Assembly: GCA_000092065.1 (NCBI GenBank)
Contig: CP000581.1
Source of the DNA: Ostreococcus lucimarinus
Taxonomy: Eukaryota
DNA: 64,000 nt
Direction: 5' to 3' (one strand)
Positions within the stretch are counted from its first letter, which is position 1. Every line of letters starts with the position of its first letter. This document shows positions 9,701 through 18,241 of the stretch, piece by piece. The position numbers were made by a program, and so were the translations under genes. The notes beneath the pieces are model-generated. The model worked only from the letters and a program-made list of their open reading frames with translations, was not told the origin of the DNA and did not search any database.

Positions 9701-11793
9701 TCGACACTTGGCTCGCCGTGATCCCACAAATAGTTGCGCGAATTCACACGCACGTCTTACCTGTGAGAAATTTGATTTATCAGCTTCTGGTGCGTGTTGG
9801 CCGACAGCACCCGCAGGCGGTTCTCTATCCTTTGCTCGTGGCATGCAAGAGCCAGAGTACATCGAGACGAGCCGCGGCGCACGCGATTTTGGACAACGTG
9901 CGACAGCACAGCGCCTTACTCGTCGAGCAAGCACAAATCGTTTCTCTCGAGCTCATTCGAGTCGCGATCGTGTGGCATGAGGCCTGGCACGAGGCTTTGG
10001 AAGAAGCGTCACGTCTATACTTCGGCGAGCAAAACGTCGAAGGTATGATGGCAGTATTGACTCCATTGCATCACATCTTGGAACGCCAGGGTGCTGAAAC
10101 TCTTCAAGAGATGGGCTTCGTGCAAAACTACGGCCGCGAGCTTCAGGAGGCACACGACTTGTGTCAAAAGTACCGCCAAAGTAAGCGCGAAGAAGAGCTG
10201 AATCAAGCGTGGGACTTGTACTATCACGTTTTCAAGCGTATCACCAAACAGCTTCCTACAATGACGACATTGGAACTTCAGTACGTGTCACCGCGTTTGC
10301 TCAATTCGCGAGATTTAGAGCTGTGCGTTCCCGGCAACTATATATCTGGACAGGTGGAACAAGCCCAGATTAGAGCCTTCGCGCCGACTATGCACGTGAT
10401 CACGTCCAAGCAGAGACCGCGACGACTGCAAATTCATGGATCCGATGGTAAAGACTATGGTTACCTCCTGAAAGGTCATGAAGATTTGCGCCAGGACGAA
10501 CGCGTGATGCAACTCTTCGGTTTGGTGAACACGTTGTTGAACACGACCATGGCCACGGCACAACGAGACTTGGGCATCGCTCGCTATGCCGTCGTCCCGC
10601 TCTCCCCGAACAGCGGTTTGATTGGATGGGTGCCTAATTGCGACACCCTTCACGCGTTGATTCGTGAGTACAGAGACGCGCACAAGGTGCCACTGAATTT
10701 GGAACATCGCATGATGCTCGCCATGGCGCCGGATTACGATCATCTACCCCTCGTGAATAAGGTTGAGATTTTCCAACACGCCGTTGAAAACACTTCAGGT
10801 GGCGACTTGGCACGAGTTTTATGGTTGAAGAGTCGAAGTAGTGAGCAATGGCTCGAGCGCCGGACGACGTACACGCGATCTCTCGCCGTGATGTCTATGG
10901 TAGGCTACCTACTCGGCCTCGGAGATCGCCACCCATCAAACTTGATGGTGGATCGATACAGCGGTAAGGTGCTTCACATCGACTTTGGTGATTGCTTCGA
11001 ATCGTCGATGTACCGAGAAAAGTTCCCTGAAAAGGTCCCTTTCCGACTCACTCGCATGCTCGTCAGGGCGATGGAGGTGAGCGGCATCGAGGGCAACTTC
11101 CGAAGCACGTGCGAGAGCGTCGTGACGGTTTTGCGCGACAACAAAGACTCTGTCATGGCGATGTTAGAAGCCTTCGTGCACGATCCGCTCATCAACTGGC
11201 GTTTGCTGACGAACAATGTTCTCGCCCCAGACGGAGAATCGATGAATACATCAGCGCACGACGCGCAAACAAGCCCGGCTGAAACGCCGACGCCGAATCG
11301 CAGCCGCACGAGCAGTACTCCCGGCGCGGACGATAGCGACGGCGATCGGACGCCGACGCCAGGCAGACCATCAAATCGACCCTCGAGACAGGATTCGCGC
11401 CCTCCAAGCGTCGGCGTCATCGAAACACCGTCTGGTCCTGTTCCTTCGAGTACATCCGTTATAGGAGTCGAGGCCACGCACGCGATGGCTGCCATGGGCT
11501 CGAGCGTGCGCGATTCCAGTACGGCGACATCGGTGCTGTTGCGTCGAACCGAACTCATCAACGCGATGGAAGCGTACGGCATCGATGACGGGACAAACGA
11601 TGCACTGAATGAACGAGCGGTGAGTGTCATGCAACGCATGAGCGCGAAACTCACAGGTCGCGACGGCGATCATCATCACGTCGAATCGATGCAACCGGAT
11701 TCAGTCGAGATGCAAGTCGAGCGATTAATCTCTGAAGCTACGAGCGCAGAGAACCTCAGCGTTAGCTACGTGGGGTGGTGCCCGTGGTGGTAA
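3757..11793 (+). CDS. TOR: Serine/threonine-protein kinase TOR (target of rapamycin), single exon, ~2678 aa
   Basis: N-terminal HEAT repeats (GGLRAIDQLIEVEFGEE..KVKKFADY), a FAT region, an FRB-like segment, a PIKK kinase domain (LKGHEDLRQDERVMQLFGLVNTLL, DRHPSNLM, HIDFGDCF) and the FATC end ...SYVGWCPWW. Track ORF 3247..11793 begins at a GTG that overlaps the WDR12 exon on the other strand. The first ATG clear of that gene is 3757 (MFIARRRSSNEG...). Confidence 0.93.
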   Translation: MFIARRRSSNEGTVPGGAANAAPSIVPTGARDDASATSRAAERRGSDLASGDGGAERAGGTSGTVNAVVGSQPARERAGATSTSVARKRSFNRSRTAKEDTLNALLEKLCAIDVVDEDSRGSMEDDGALRERVETEARSANPADFLKFRNAVHERVDTMITGEDVARKLGGLRAIDQLIEVEFGEEVEKVKKFADYLLDVVSTSAEDLLGSSLTDEHREHPVAINDPLWSNARARELVEMMSLVLGRLVLHSGALTTEIVDSHVQRAIELLNADDGNQDVVSMKHYAAALTLTELARNAPTIFNVHVPIFISSIWTALRDPSLRVREVAVLALRECLMVTERRETRYRVQWYYALYEACRAGLKQTSKVEEIHGSLLVFGELLRHTGEFMLSRYREVALTILRLQDFKKSIIRRTIVSLIPKLAAFSPQRFAESYLVESCALILTTIRSPNDSGAGFQALSHLADAMSSVIDVDSDEVTVGSSLLRYLPEVSAVMYDMFTSRARGPNAYPEALECAGALMNSLHLAWKPHFVNLLMPMFTAGLSKSLVIGLESAAQGAPDLLPSIQLKLADAIASAIHQEPTTEKSCPMPPNKKIVQLALKTMRTFPFEPTVLLRSIRKNVICYLDDSSAESRLEAALTCCSALRLRVGSSKSVTTAVENIMEALIPVAVGDNDASIRNALLTEFCRPSASIDSYLSQAKSLRALFLTVNDESVAIRMLGIELLGRLATRNPAYVLPALRVHMLQLLAELEYSSESLHREESAKVMAVMIRSCPRLVSPYLSPILRCLMSTLKAEEGGAAKSSKSKQDSSAPSSASVGTAATTLRRTSSSKQTSAIAPSKKHDITGREKAAVLGTIGELANVSGYGITPFVQELLILLLIALKSASTRDHAVVTLGKLIESSGYVAEPFTTHPQLLPQLLRMLANERGIVRSEVLRTLGILGALDPHAHRGNEIRLHGEGVLSEEGVRGVRQARLSMKIDDGATDSAQVDDLGNNDDGDEELDILPMLHLTSLSDDYYPTIALNSLLRVLRDPSRTSVRHMVVRSIVYIFQVLDTACVQYLPSVVPVMLSVIRTSDDSLREGMFVELATLVGVIKAHIRRYLSDIFELMNIAWDRSGMSKNTLLLCEELSVALNDEFRRSLPMIVPRIVSSLAEAERLRRYDSVPYILHALETFGTSLNDHLYLILPTLVRIFKPSVLDMPLDIKRGALQSLRRLLPRMRLADQAGIVVHALTRVLDVEDVELRLDVLNVLISLEVSLGREYALFLPVVKRAVSKCGVKDPAFDDMVKRVESGNPLLFDDLESESLLIASATEHRKPVLQKHLSVNQLAVRRAWESSQRSTKEDWLEWMRKLALDLLKSSPLPSLRACSELAQVQPNLARDLFCASFVSCWAELNESHREILVRSLEAALGSPTIPPEIVSVLLNLCEFMEHDEKPIPVDVRTLGMIAERSRAYAKALHYKELEFITNPGACVAAIIAINNQLQLPEAARGVLVYAQENLTVDIKESWYEKLEQWDDALEAYKRKLDELASVDSPQAMEERREAMVGQLRCLNALAEWEEIQRIYEAGNQANVDWDEYRNDVTTIAAKAAWHLGDWEQMEICTNQLDRDQNIRGRLPNADRVDAIGKRTSSVVNTTDCDFYKSILAIRRGAQDEAREHLAAAREMLGTELAALVRESYDRSYGALIRAQQLTELDEVIEYAQLTAVASPAAARRQEIIRKMWRDRIYLVKRDVEVWQELLQVRSLVLPMSEETDIWLKFASLNRKQGRDRQSRRTLLRLLEYDPIMCAEGKPGFGAGSGRPKVMFAFVKHLWHTGQKRQAFMRLQSLAHELRVQLENMRASGQTETDHNKTVSRAFLKLGKWRWALTDSMNDETLTDVLMAFRTATSADQHWSKAWHHWALFNATAMEHFHRQGGASTKDAMQHVAPAISGFFRSISLAGSSMKAKGGSLQDILRLLTLWFNHGGSPEVETALIAGFGHVNIDTWLAVIPQIVARIHTHVLPVRNLIYQLLVRVGRQHPQAVLYPLLVACKSQSTSRRAAAHAILDNVRQHSALLVEQAQIVSLELIRVAIVWHEAWHEALEEASRLYFGEQNVEGMMAVLTPLHHILERQGAETLQEMGFVQNYGRELQEAHDLCQKYRQSKREEELNQAWDLYYHVFKRITKQLPTMTTLELQYVSPRLLNSRDLELCVPGNYISGQVEQAQIRAFAPTMHVITSKQRPRRLQIHGSDGKDYGYLLKGHEDLRQDERVMQLFGLVNTLLNTTMATAQRDLGIARYAVVPLSPNSGLIGWVPNCDTLHALIREYRDAHKVPLNLEHRMMLAMAPDYDHLPLVNKVEIFQHAVENTSGGDLARVLWLKSRSSEQWLERRTTYTRSLAVMSMVGYLLGLGDRHPSNLMVDRYSGKVLHIDFGDCFESSMYREKFPEKVPFRLTRMLVRAMEVSGIEGNFRSTCESVVTVLRDNKDSVMAMLEAFVHDPLINWRLLTNNVLAPDGESMNTSAHDAQTSPAETPTPNRSRTSSTPGADDSDGDRTPTPGRPSNRPSRQDSRPPSVGVIETPSGPVPSSTSVIGVEATHAMAAMGSSVRDSSTATSVLLRRTELINAMEAYGIDDGTNDALNERAVSVMQRMSAKLTGRDGDHHHVESMQPDSVEMQVERLISEATSAENLSVSYVGWCPWW

Positions 11794-11839
11794 AACACAA
11801 AATTTGTAACAACATCATTTCATCATAATGAAACGTCTA

Positions 11840-13207
11840 TCAAATCGCCAATTTAGCGCTCGGAGATCTAGCCGTGGACGCTTCTCTCGTAAATCGGTCG
11901 GCGTCGTGTTCTACGCTTCGGCGCGGAGACCGCGGAGTCTCGGACGATTGACTTCCCACAGTCGTCGTCACGGACATCAACTTTGAAAGCTCTGGCGCCG
12001 GAGGCGGTTTCCACGGCGATTCCGCGCTACCCTCTGCGTTGACTCGCCTGATGGGAACTTGCGTGACTTCGTCGTCGGCGAATTCGAGCGCTTTCCCGTT
12101 GGCACCGCTCTCTGGGGACTGCCACGGTTTGCCCGGGCGCGACGCACTCGAGCGAGGGATCGCAGCGTCCGGATTCGGCGGTGTGTCGTCGATGTCTTTG
12201 ATACCGGGTGGCGTTTTGCCGTTTTCGAGCATCTCTAAGATGTCCATAAAATTGCTCGGATGCGGGGGATCAATCAACTCGTCTCGCCCCGGTCGTCTTT
12301 GCGTCTGCTGCGCCGAAAAGAAGTTTGGATTTTCTGACGCGCTCGTTTGCGGACGCGGCGCGGTATTTAAGGTGAACTCGCCCGCGCTCGACGCCGGCTC
12401 TGGGGTGAACGCTAGACTCTCCCCTGACTCGCTCCCTTGCGGACTCGTCTTGAACGGCCAATCCTTGCTCGCGCGCGCCGCGGGCGACGACACCCCACTC
12501 GCCGTTCCACCGGCGGCGTACATCTGCTTCAATTCCGCCAACTCTGCCTTCATTTGCGTCTCTAAAAACGTCTTCACGTCCGTGATGCTGTCCCGAACGG
12601 TGGACGAAACCTCATTTTTAATCTCCTCTCGCAGCGCCTCGGCGCGCTCCTCCGCGCGTTCGACGCGTTCCACCGCGCGTTCAATCTTCCCCGCCAACTC
12701 CGGCGTGAGCGCCATCGCGCCCTCCTCCGCCACCACCCCATTCATCCGCGCGGGCGTTCGCGCGTCCTCGCTCCCCTCCGCGTCGTCCTTCGCGTCCCCT
12801 CCTCTCGCCGTCGCCTCGACGAATCGCGCCAACCACCGCCGCGCGCTCGGGTACGCCAAATACGCCGCTCCCACCACCGCCGCCATCCGCGCCGCCCCCC
12901 CCCACGCCGTCCCTCGTCTCTCCTCTACCTCCGCCATCGCTCCGCCCCCCCCGACGCCTTCCTCGCGTCCCGCGCGTCGAAACGCCTCGTCGATCTCGTC
13001 CTCGCGCACGCCCTTCCCCTTTAAAAATCCACGCTTCGCGTCGTCATCCCTCGACGCCCTGACGCTCGCGTGCGTCAGGAAGCTCACCGCGTTCGAGATC
13101 TCCGTCTCGCGCATCGCGGTCGTCGTCGCGCGCGGTCTGCGGTCGGCGGTCGTCGATCGAAGCGTCGGTCCGACGCCGGGCGTCGACGACACGAGACTCA
13201 ATCGCAC
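11840..13207 (-). CDS. PEX14: Peroxin-14 (PEX14) homolog
   Basis: Conserved PEX14 N-terminal domain [21 protein letters not shown]...[22 protein letters not shown], then a short hydrophobic AxxxA/GxxxG segment ([12 protein letters not shown]) and a coiled coil ([24 protein letters not shown]). The start may be the downstream Met at 13114 ([10 protein letters not shown]). Confidence 0.7.
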   Translation of the reverse strand: MRLSLVSSTPGVGPTLRSTTADRRPRATTTAMRETEISNAVSFLTHASVRASRDDDAKRGFLKGKGVREDEIDEAFRRAGREEGVGGGGAMAEVEERRGTAWGGAARMAAVVGAAYLAYPSARRWLARFVEATARGGDAKDDAEGSEDARTPARMNGVVAEEGAMALTPELAGKIERAVERVERAEERAEALREEIKNEVSSTVRDSITDVKTFLETQMKAELAELKQMYAAGGTASGVSSPAARASKDWPFKTSPQGSESGESLAFTPEPASSAGEFTLNTAPRPQTSASENPNFFSAQQTQRRPGRDELIDPPHPSNFMDILEMLENGKTPPGIKDIDDTPPNPDAAIPRSSASRPGKPWQSPESGANGKALEFADDEVTQVPIRRVNAEGSAESPWKPPPAPELSKLMSVTTTVGSQSSETPRSPRRSVEHDADRFTREASTARSPSAKLAI

Positions 13208-13379
13208 ACACGGACGCTACACCCTCGACCCTAAACGAGACTTTATATCACACACGGACGACGACGACGCCGGACGAAAACCTCGATCGACGGCGCGCGC
13301 GCGACGCGACGAGCGCGCGACACGCGCGATCGCGGCGCGGCGAACGCGACGAACGCTCGACGAGCGCGCGCGTTATACG

Positions 13380-15284
13380 ATGCGCGGGACGAACGCGTGC
13401 GCGACGACGATGCGCGGACGAACGACGACGACGACGACGACGACGACGGGACTCGCGGGACGGCGCGGAAAGACGGCGCGAACGGCGCGGACGGCGCGAG
13501 GGGCGGCGCGAGGGACGAACGAATGGACGAGAAAGGTGGTGGTGCGCGCGGGATCGAGCGGGGAGGGCGCGGATGGGGTGGCGCGCGCGCCGAGACCGGC
13601 GTACGTGCCGGGGGTTATCTCGGACCCGAAGTACGTGCGCGTGTTCGACACGACGCTGCGGGACGGGGAACAGTCCCCGGGGGCGACGCTGACGAGCAAG
13701 GAGAAGCTTGACATCGCGACGTCGTTGGCCAGGCTCGGGGTGGACATCATCGAGGCTGGATTTCCGATCGCGAGCCCGGACGATTTGGAGGCGGTGCGCG
13801 GCATCGCGAAAAAGGTCGGCAACGAAGTGTACGAGGACGGGTACGTGCCGGTGATTTGTGGGCTTTCGAGAGCGAATAAGAAGGACATCGACGCGGCGTG
13901 GGAAGGCGTGCGTCACGCGCTGCGACCGAGAATTCACACGTTCATCGCGACGAGTCCTATTCACATGGAGAGTAAATTGCGAAAAACCCCGGATGAAGTC
14001 GTGGCCATCGCCGTGGAAGCCGTCAAGTATGCGCGTTCGCTCGGGTGCGACGACGTCGAGTTTTCTCCGGAAGACGCCGGAAGATCCGATCCCGAGTTCT
14101 TGTATCGCATTTTGAGCGCCGTCGTCGAGGCGGGCGCGACGACTTTGAACATTCCGGACACGGTCGGGATTTGCCTGCCGGATGAATTCGGACAACTCAT
14201 CGCGGGCATCAAGGCGAACGTGAAGGGCATCGAGGGTGCGGTTATTTCGACGCACTGCCAAAATGATTTAGGTTTGTCCACGGCAAACTCATTGGCGGGT
14301 GTCGCGAACGGCGCGCGCCAGGTGGAGTGCACCATCAACGGCATCGGCGAACGCGCGGGTAACGCGTCGTTGGAAGAAGTCGCCATGTCCATTTTCATGC
14401 GCGGCCAATCACGCCTCGCGGGCGCGTACACTGGAATTAATCCGGTTTATATCTATCCCACTTCCCAGATGGTGAAAAACTACAGCGGTATGGCGATCCA
14501 ACCGCACAAGGCCATCGTCGGCGCGAATGCCTTTGCGCACGAGTCCGGCATCCACCAAGACGGCATGTTGAAGAACAAGCTCACCTACGAAATCATCGCC
14601 CCGGAGCAAATCGGGTACTTCAGAGGCGAAAACGACGTCGGTGTCGTCATGGGGAAGCACTCTGGTCGCCATGCGTTGTCTTCCAAGTTGAAGCAGCTCG
14701 GCGTGCCGATGGAAGGAGATGCGCTCGACGAAGTCTTCAATCGCTTCAAACTCGTCGCGGAGACGAAGCTCGGTGGGGTCAACGATGATGAGTTGCTGGC
14801 TATTGTGCGTGACGGCGAATCGGTGCAAGACCCGGCGTGGAGTTTGGAAACCGTGCAAGTCGTGTGTGGTACCACCGGTTTGCCCACGGCGACGGTGAAG
14901 ATGCTGGCCAAGGATGGTACGGTGCACATCTCCGCCGTCGTCGGTACCGGCCCGGTTGATGCCGCGTTCAAGGCGATCGACGCTCTCGTTGGATTAGATG
15001 TCGTGTTGACGGAGTACAGAGTCACCGCGGTTACCAAGGGCATCAACTCGCTGGCGGAGACGACCATCACGGTGAAGCCGCGAGAAGGCGCGGAGCAAAA
15101 GCTCGGCGCCGACGTCTTCAAGACCAACTTGCAAACCGGCGAAACCGCCGTTCGTTCGTTCACGGCTACCGGTGCAGACACCGATATTGTTGTGTCTTCT
15201 GCCCGCGCCTACGTCATCGCCCTCAACCGCATGACTGAATACGTTACCAAGGCCTACGTGGTCGAGGCCGTGGCGTCAAGATGA
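13380..15284 (+). CDS. leuA: 2-isopropylmalate synthase (LeuA/IPMS), plastid-type, with a Thr/Arg-rich transit peptide
   Basis: HMGL-like catalytic domain ([37 protein letters not shown]) plus the LeuA dimerisation/regulatory domain. The first in-frame ATG after PEX14 is at 13380 ([23 protein letters not shown]...). The upstream part of track ORF 12039..15284 is antisense to PEX14 and spurious. Confidence 0.9.
   Translation: MRGTNACATTMRGRTTTTTTTTTGLAGRRGKTARTARTARGAARGTNEWTRKVVVRAGSSGEGADGVARAPRPAYVPGVISDPKYVRVFDTTLRDGEQSPGATLTSKEKLDIATSLARLGVDIIEAGFPIASPDDLEAVRGIAKKVGNEVYEDGYVPVICGLSRANKKDIDAAWEGVRHALRPRIHTFIATSPIHMESKLRKTPDEVVAIAVEAVKYARSLGCDDVEFSPEDAGRSDPEFLYRILSAVVEAGATTLNIPDTVGICLPDEFGQLIAGIKANVKGIEGAVISTHCQNDLGLSTANSLAGVANGARQVECTINGIGERAGNASLEEVAMSIFMRGQSRLAGAYTGINPVYIYPTSQMVKNYSGMAIQPHKAIVGANAFAHESGIHQDGMLKNKLTYEIIAPEQIGYFRGENDVGVVMGKHSGRHALSSKLKQLGVPMEGDALDEVFNRFKLVAETKLGGVNDDELLAIVRDGESVQDPAWSLETVQVVCGTTGLPTATVKMLAKDGTVHISAVVGTGPVDAAFKAIDALVGLDVVLTEYRVTAVTKGINSLAETTITVKPREGAEQKLGADVFKTNLQTGETAVRSFTATGADTDIVVSSARAYVIALNRMTEYVTKAYVVEAVASR
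13422..13448 (+). repeat. (ACG)9 trinucleotide microsatellite encoding poly-Thr inside the LeuA transit peptide
   Basis: acgacgacgacgacgacgacgacgacg read directly; in frame it gives TTTTTTTTT. Confidence 0.7.
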
Positions 15285-15502
15285 GAAGCGCGCGGCGCGC
15301 GCGGCCGACAACTAGCCAGTCATACGCACACCTAGAAAGCATTATTGAATACAACACGTCAGTATCGTATGCGAATTCACCGCACTCGCCACACCGCGCG
15401 CCGCGCGCCCGACCGCGCGCGTTCGAACGTCGTCGGCGCGCCGTCGGCGACCTAGGTGTGGCCCAAGTGCGCGTCACATCGCCGCGTGCGCGTCGTCGTC
15501 GC

Positions 15503-16984
15503 ATGAGCACCTACGTCTACGTCGACGCCGATGGCGCCGGAAGCGATCGTAAAGCCGTGCAGCGTCGCACCGTGGACTACACCGCCACCACCGTGCGGTA
15601 CGTCGAGGAGCGCGTGTACGCGAAAGATCCGTGGAATTCTTCGCATCCGCGCCCTCTCCCCGGCGCGCTGCTCGATTTCATGCCTCCCGTGGCGTACCCA
15701 CACCTCCCCGCGACGTCGTTCGCCACGAAGTTCGTGCACGTGAGCAGTAATAAAATCAGAACGAGCGTGAACAAGGTGATGTTCATGCCGGATGGACGAC
15801 GGTTGTTGACGTGCTCGCAAAACGGAGAGTTTACGCTGTGGAACGGGATGTCGTTTAATTTCGAAACCATTCTACAAGCGCACAACGGACCGATTCGATG
15901 CGCGGAGTTTAGTAACAATGATAATTGGCTCCTCACCGGGGACGACGAAGGGAACGTGAAGTACTTTCAGACGACGTTTAATAACTTGCGTTCGTTTCAA
16001 GTGCACAAAGAACCGGTGACGTCGATTTCGTTCGCGAGGTCGGATTTGAAGTTTGCGACGGGAAGTGACGATGCGTCGGTGAAGATTGTAGATTTCGCGC
16101 GCGCAGAGACGGAGCACACGCTGAGCGGGCACTCTGGGGACGTGAAGACTGTGGAGTGGCATCCGTATTTGGGTCTCGTGGCGTCGGGAGGAAAGGATGG
16201 AGCGTTGAAGATGTGGGACCCTAAGAGCGGGCACTGCGCCACGACGTTATACGGGCATAAGAACGCAATAACATGCTCGAAATGGAACAAGAATGGGAAC
16301 TGGTTGGTGACGGGGTCGAAGGACCAGACGCTCAAGGTTTGGGATTTGCGAATGTTGAAGGAAATCGGTACCTACAGAGGTCACGGAAAGGATGTCACGG
16401 AAGTTGTCTGGCATCCCACGCACGAGGCCATGTTCACCTCGGGTGCGTTCGATGGTTCCATCAACTACTGGCTCGTGGGCGCTGGTGAAGCGCCTCACGC
16501 GGAAATCAAGGGTGGCCACGAAGCTTCAATTTTGAGCCTGGCGTGGCACCCGGCTGGACACATTCTCGTGAGCGGATCACAAGACAACACCACAAAGTTT
16601 TGGTGCCGCAACCGCCCGGGCGAGGTCGCGCGCGATACAGCCGCCGGTCGCATGCCGGCGGGTGGCGCTGTCGAGGCGGTCATTCCCACGACGCTTCCAC
16701 GACCGGTCGCGCCGCCCGGATTGCCGCCCGGATTGAAAACCGGCGCCGCGCCTCCTCGACGTCCAGTTGCGCCGAGCCGCTCGCGCGCACCGCCACCGGT
16801 TCCACCCCCAGGCGCACCACCACAGGGCCGTCCACAGGGGCGCGCGCCTCCGCCGGCACCGCCTCCTGGGGCGCCGCCTCAGGGTCGTCCGCAACCGCCC
16901 GGCGTCGGTCGCGGCAGACCGGCGGCGCCGCCGCGCCGAGGCCAACCCCCTCCGGGACTGGGCAATCGCCCCCCTGGACTGTAG
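15503..16984 (+). CDS. Polyadenylation factor WDR33/Pfs2 (plant FY-like): WD40 protein with a Pro-rich C-terminal tail
   Basis: Near-collinear match to WDR33: TKFVHVSSNKIRTSVNKVMFMPDGRRLLTCSQNGEFTLWNGMSFNFETILQAHNGPIRC ... SLAWHPAGHILVSGSQDNTTKFWCRNRPGE, then PPGLPPG/PPPxPPPGAPPQGRP repeats. The ATG at 15503 (MSTYVYVD) was chosen because track ORF 15281 overlaps the LeuA stop. Confidence 0.85.
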   Translation: MSTYVYVDADGAGSDRKAVQRRTVDYTATTVRYVEERVYAKDPWNSSHPRPLPGALLDFMPPVAYPHLPATSFATKFVHVSSNKIRTSVNKVMFMPDGRRLLTCSQNGEFTLWNGMSFNFETILQAHNGPIRCAEFSNNDNWLLTGDDEGNVKYFQTTFNNLRSFQVHKEPVTSISFARSDLKFATGSDDASVKIVDFARAETEHTLSGHSGDVKTVEWHPYLGLVASGGKDGALKMWDPKSGHCATTLYGHKNAITCSKWNKNGNWLVTGSKDQTLKVWDLRMLKEIGTYRGHGKDVTEVVWHPTHEAMFTSGAFDGSINYWLVGAGEAPHAEIKGGHEASILSLAWHPAGHILVSGSQDNTTKFWCRNRPGEVARDTAAGRMPAGGAVEAVIPTTLPRPVAPPGLPPGLKTGAAPPRRPVAPSRSRAPPPVPPPGAPPQGRPQGRAPPPAPPPGAPPQGRPQPPGVGRGRPAAPPRRGQPPPGLGNRPPGL

Positions 16985-17185
16985 TTAGCGACTGTAGATT
17001 ACACTTAGTTTTCGATATTTCCCTTGTCTTCACGCCGGCGCGCGTTTGAGGCGTCCATCCATCGCCGCCTTCGCGCCTCGTCAGCGTTCGGCCGCCGCGA
17101 GAGTGGATAGGGCGCGTCCCGACGCATCATCGCCCGTCTCCCGACGCCATTTTCGCGCGCACACGCACGCACGCTCGCACACAAG

Positions 17186-18186
17186 ATGTCCGCTTCGTTT
17201 GCCACCGTCCAACCGAGCGTCCGCGCGCGCGCGACGCTCCGATCCCGCGCGAGACGCGCCGATCGATCGTCGATCGTCGTCCGCGCGGGCAGCGCGGCGC
17301 AACAAAAAGGTCTCGGCGATCTCGACACCGTCAAGCTCACCGCCGCCGACGGTTCCACCGCGGACGTGTACTTGTTCGGCGGCGTCGTGACGAGTTTCAA
17401 GCCCAAGGGCGGTGACGACGTGCTGTACGTGCGCCCGGATGCGAAGTTTGACAAGGTGCGTCGGCGGCGAAGCGACGCGCGAGACGCGCTCGGACGATGA
17501 GCGAAGCGATGGAAGACTGACTGCGGTGTGGTAAACACAATCGCACGTAGAGTAAGCCGATTTCTGGTGGTTTGCCGCACTGCTGGCCGCAGTTCGGCCC
17601 GGGGGCGATTCAAGTGCACGGATTCGCGCGCAACGTCGACTGGACGCTCGTGAGCACGACGGATGGCGACGAACCGTCGATGACGATGGAACTCACGCCA
17701 AATGATTACACCAAGGCGATGTGGGATAAGGATTTCAAGGTGACGGAAACCGTCACGCTCAAGGGCGGCGCGCTCGAGGCGAAGCTCGTGGTTGAGAACA
17801 AGGGCAAGGAAGCGTTCGATTTCACTGGTTCGTTCCACACGTACTTGAGCGCCGACATCAACGCCGCCGCCGTCGGCGGGTTGAACGGCTGCAAGACGTT
17901 AGATCGACTCGCGGAGAAGGAATCCACCGTCTCTGGTGACGTCAAATTCCAAGGACCGATCGACAGCGTGTACTACGGCGTTCCGGAGACGCTTACGCTC
18001 GCCACGGGCAAGCGCACTGTGAGCATCAAGTCGAGCAAGACGTGGACAGAAGCCGTGGTGTGGACGCCGTGGACGGACATGGAGGCGTGCTACAAGGAGT
18101 TCGCGTGCGTCGAAAGCGCCGCCGTGACTCCGGTCGTCGTCGCTCCGGGCGGCTCTTGGACCGCCACCACGACGATTTCCGCGTAA
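17186..18186 (+). CDS. Glucose-6-phosphate 1-epimerase-like (aldose 1-epimerase/YeaD family). Two exons 17186..17455 and 17551..18186; intron 17456..17550 (GTGCGT...TAG)
   Basis: Exon 1 ends ...LYVRPDAKFDK. Exon 2 begins SKPISGGLPHCWPQFGP, matching the family motif SKPISGGIPxCFPQFG. The track splits the gene into 17186..17500 and 17572..18186, in different frames. The phase-0 join gives ~302 aa. The intron holds the GACTGAC branch motif 29 nt upstream of the AG. Minus ORF 17005..17838 is antisense junk. Confidence 0.8.
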
Positions 18187-18241
18187 ATTTGTCGCATTAT
18201 TACTTGCAATCAAAAATTTCATTTAAGTTCGCTATTCGTCG

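Noticed and set aside
12039-13379. 5' 447 codons of plus ORF 12039..15284, plus minus ORFs 13248..14261 and 13373..13888
   Set aside because: They are antisense of PEX14 or alternative frames of LeuA with no homology. LeuA homology and the first plausible ATG begin at 13380.
15285-15502. tactgacg branch-like motif and ctttctag acceptor-like site on the minus strand between LeuA and WDR33
   Set aside because: No minus-strand gene exists here, and an exon would run antisense into the LeuA 3' end. Judged a chance occurrence in a UTR.
17005-17838. 277-aa minus-strand ORF
   Set aside because: Antisense to the two exons and intron of the G6P-epimerase-like gene. Arg-rich; no homology.
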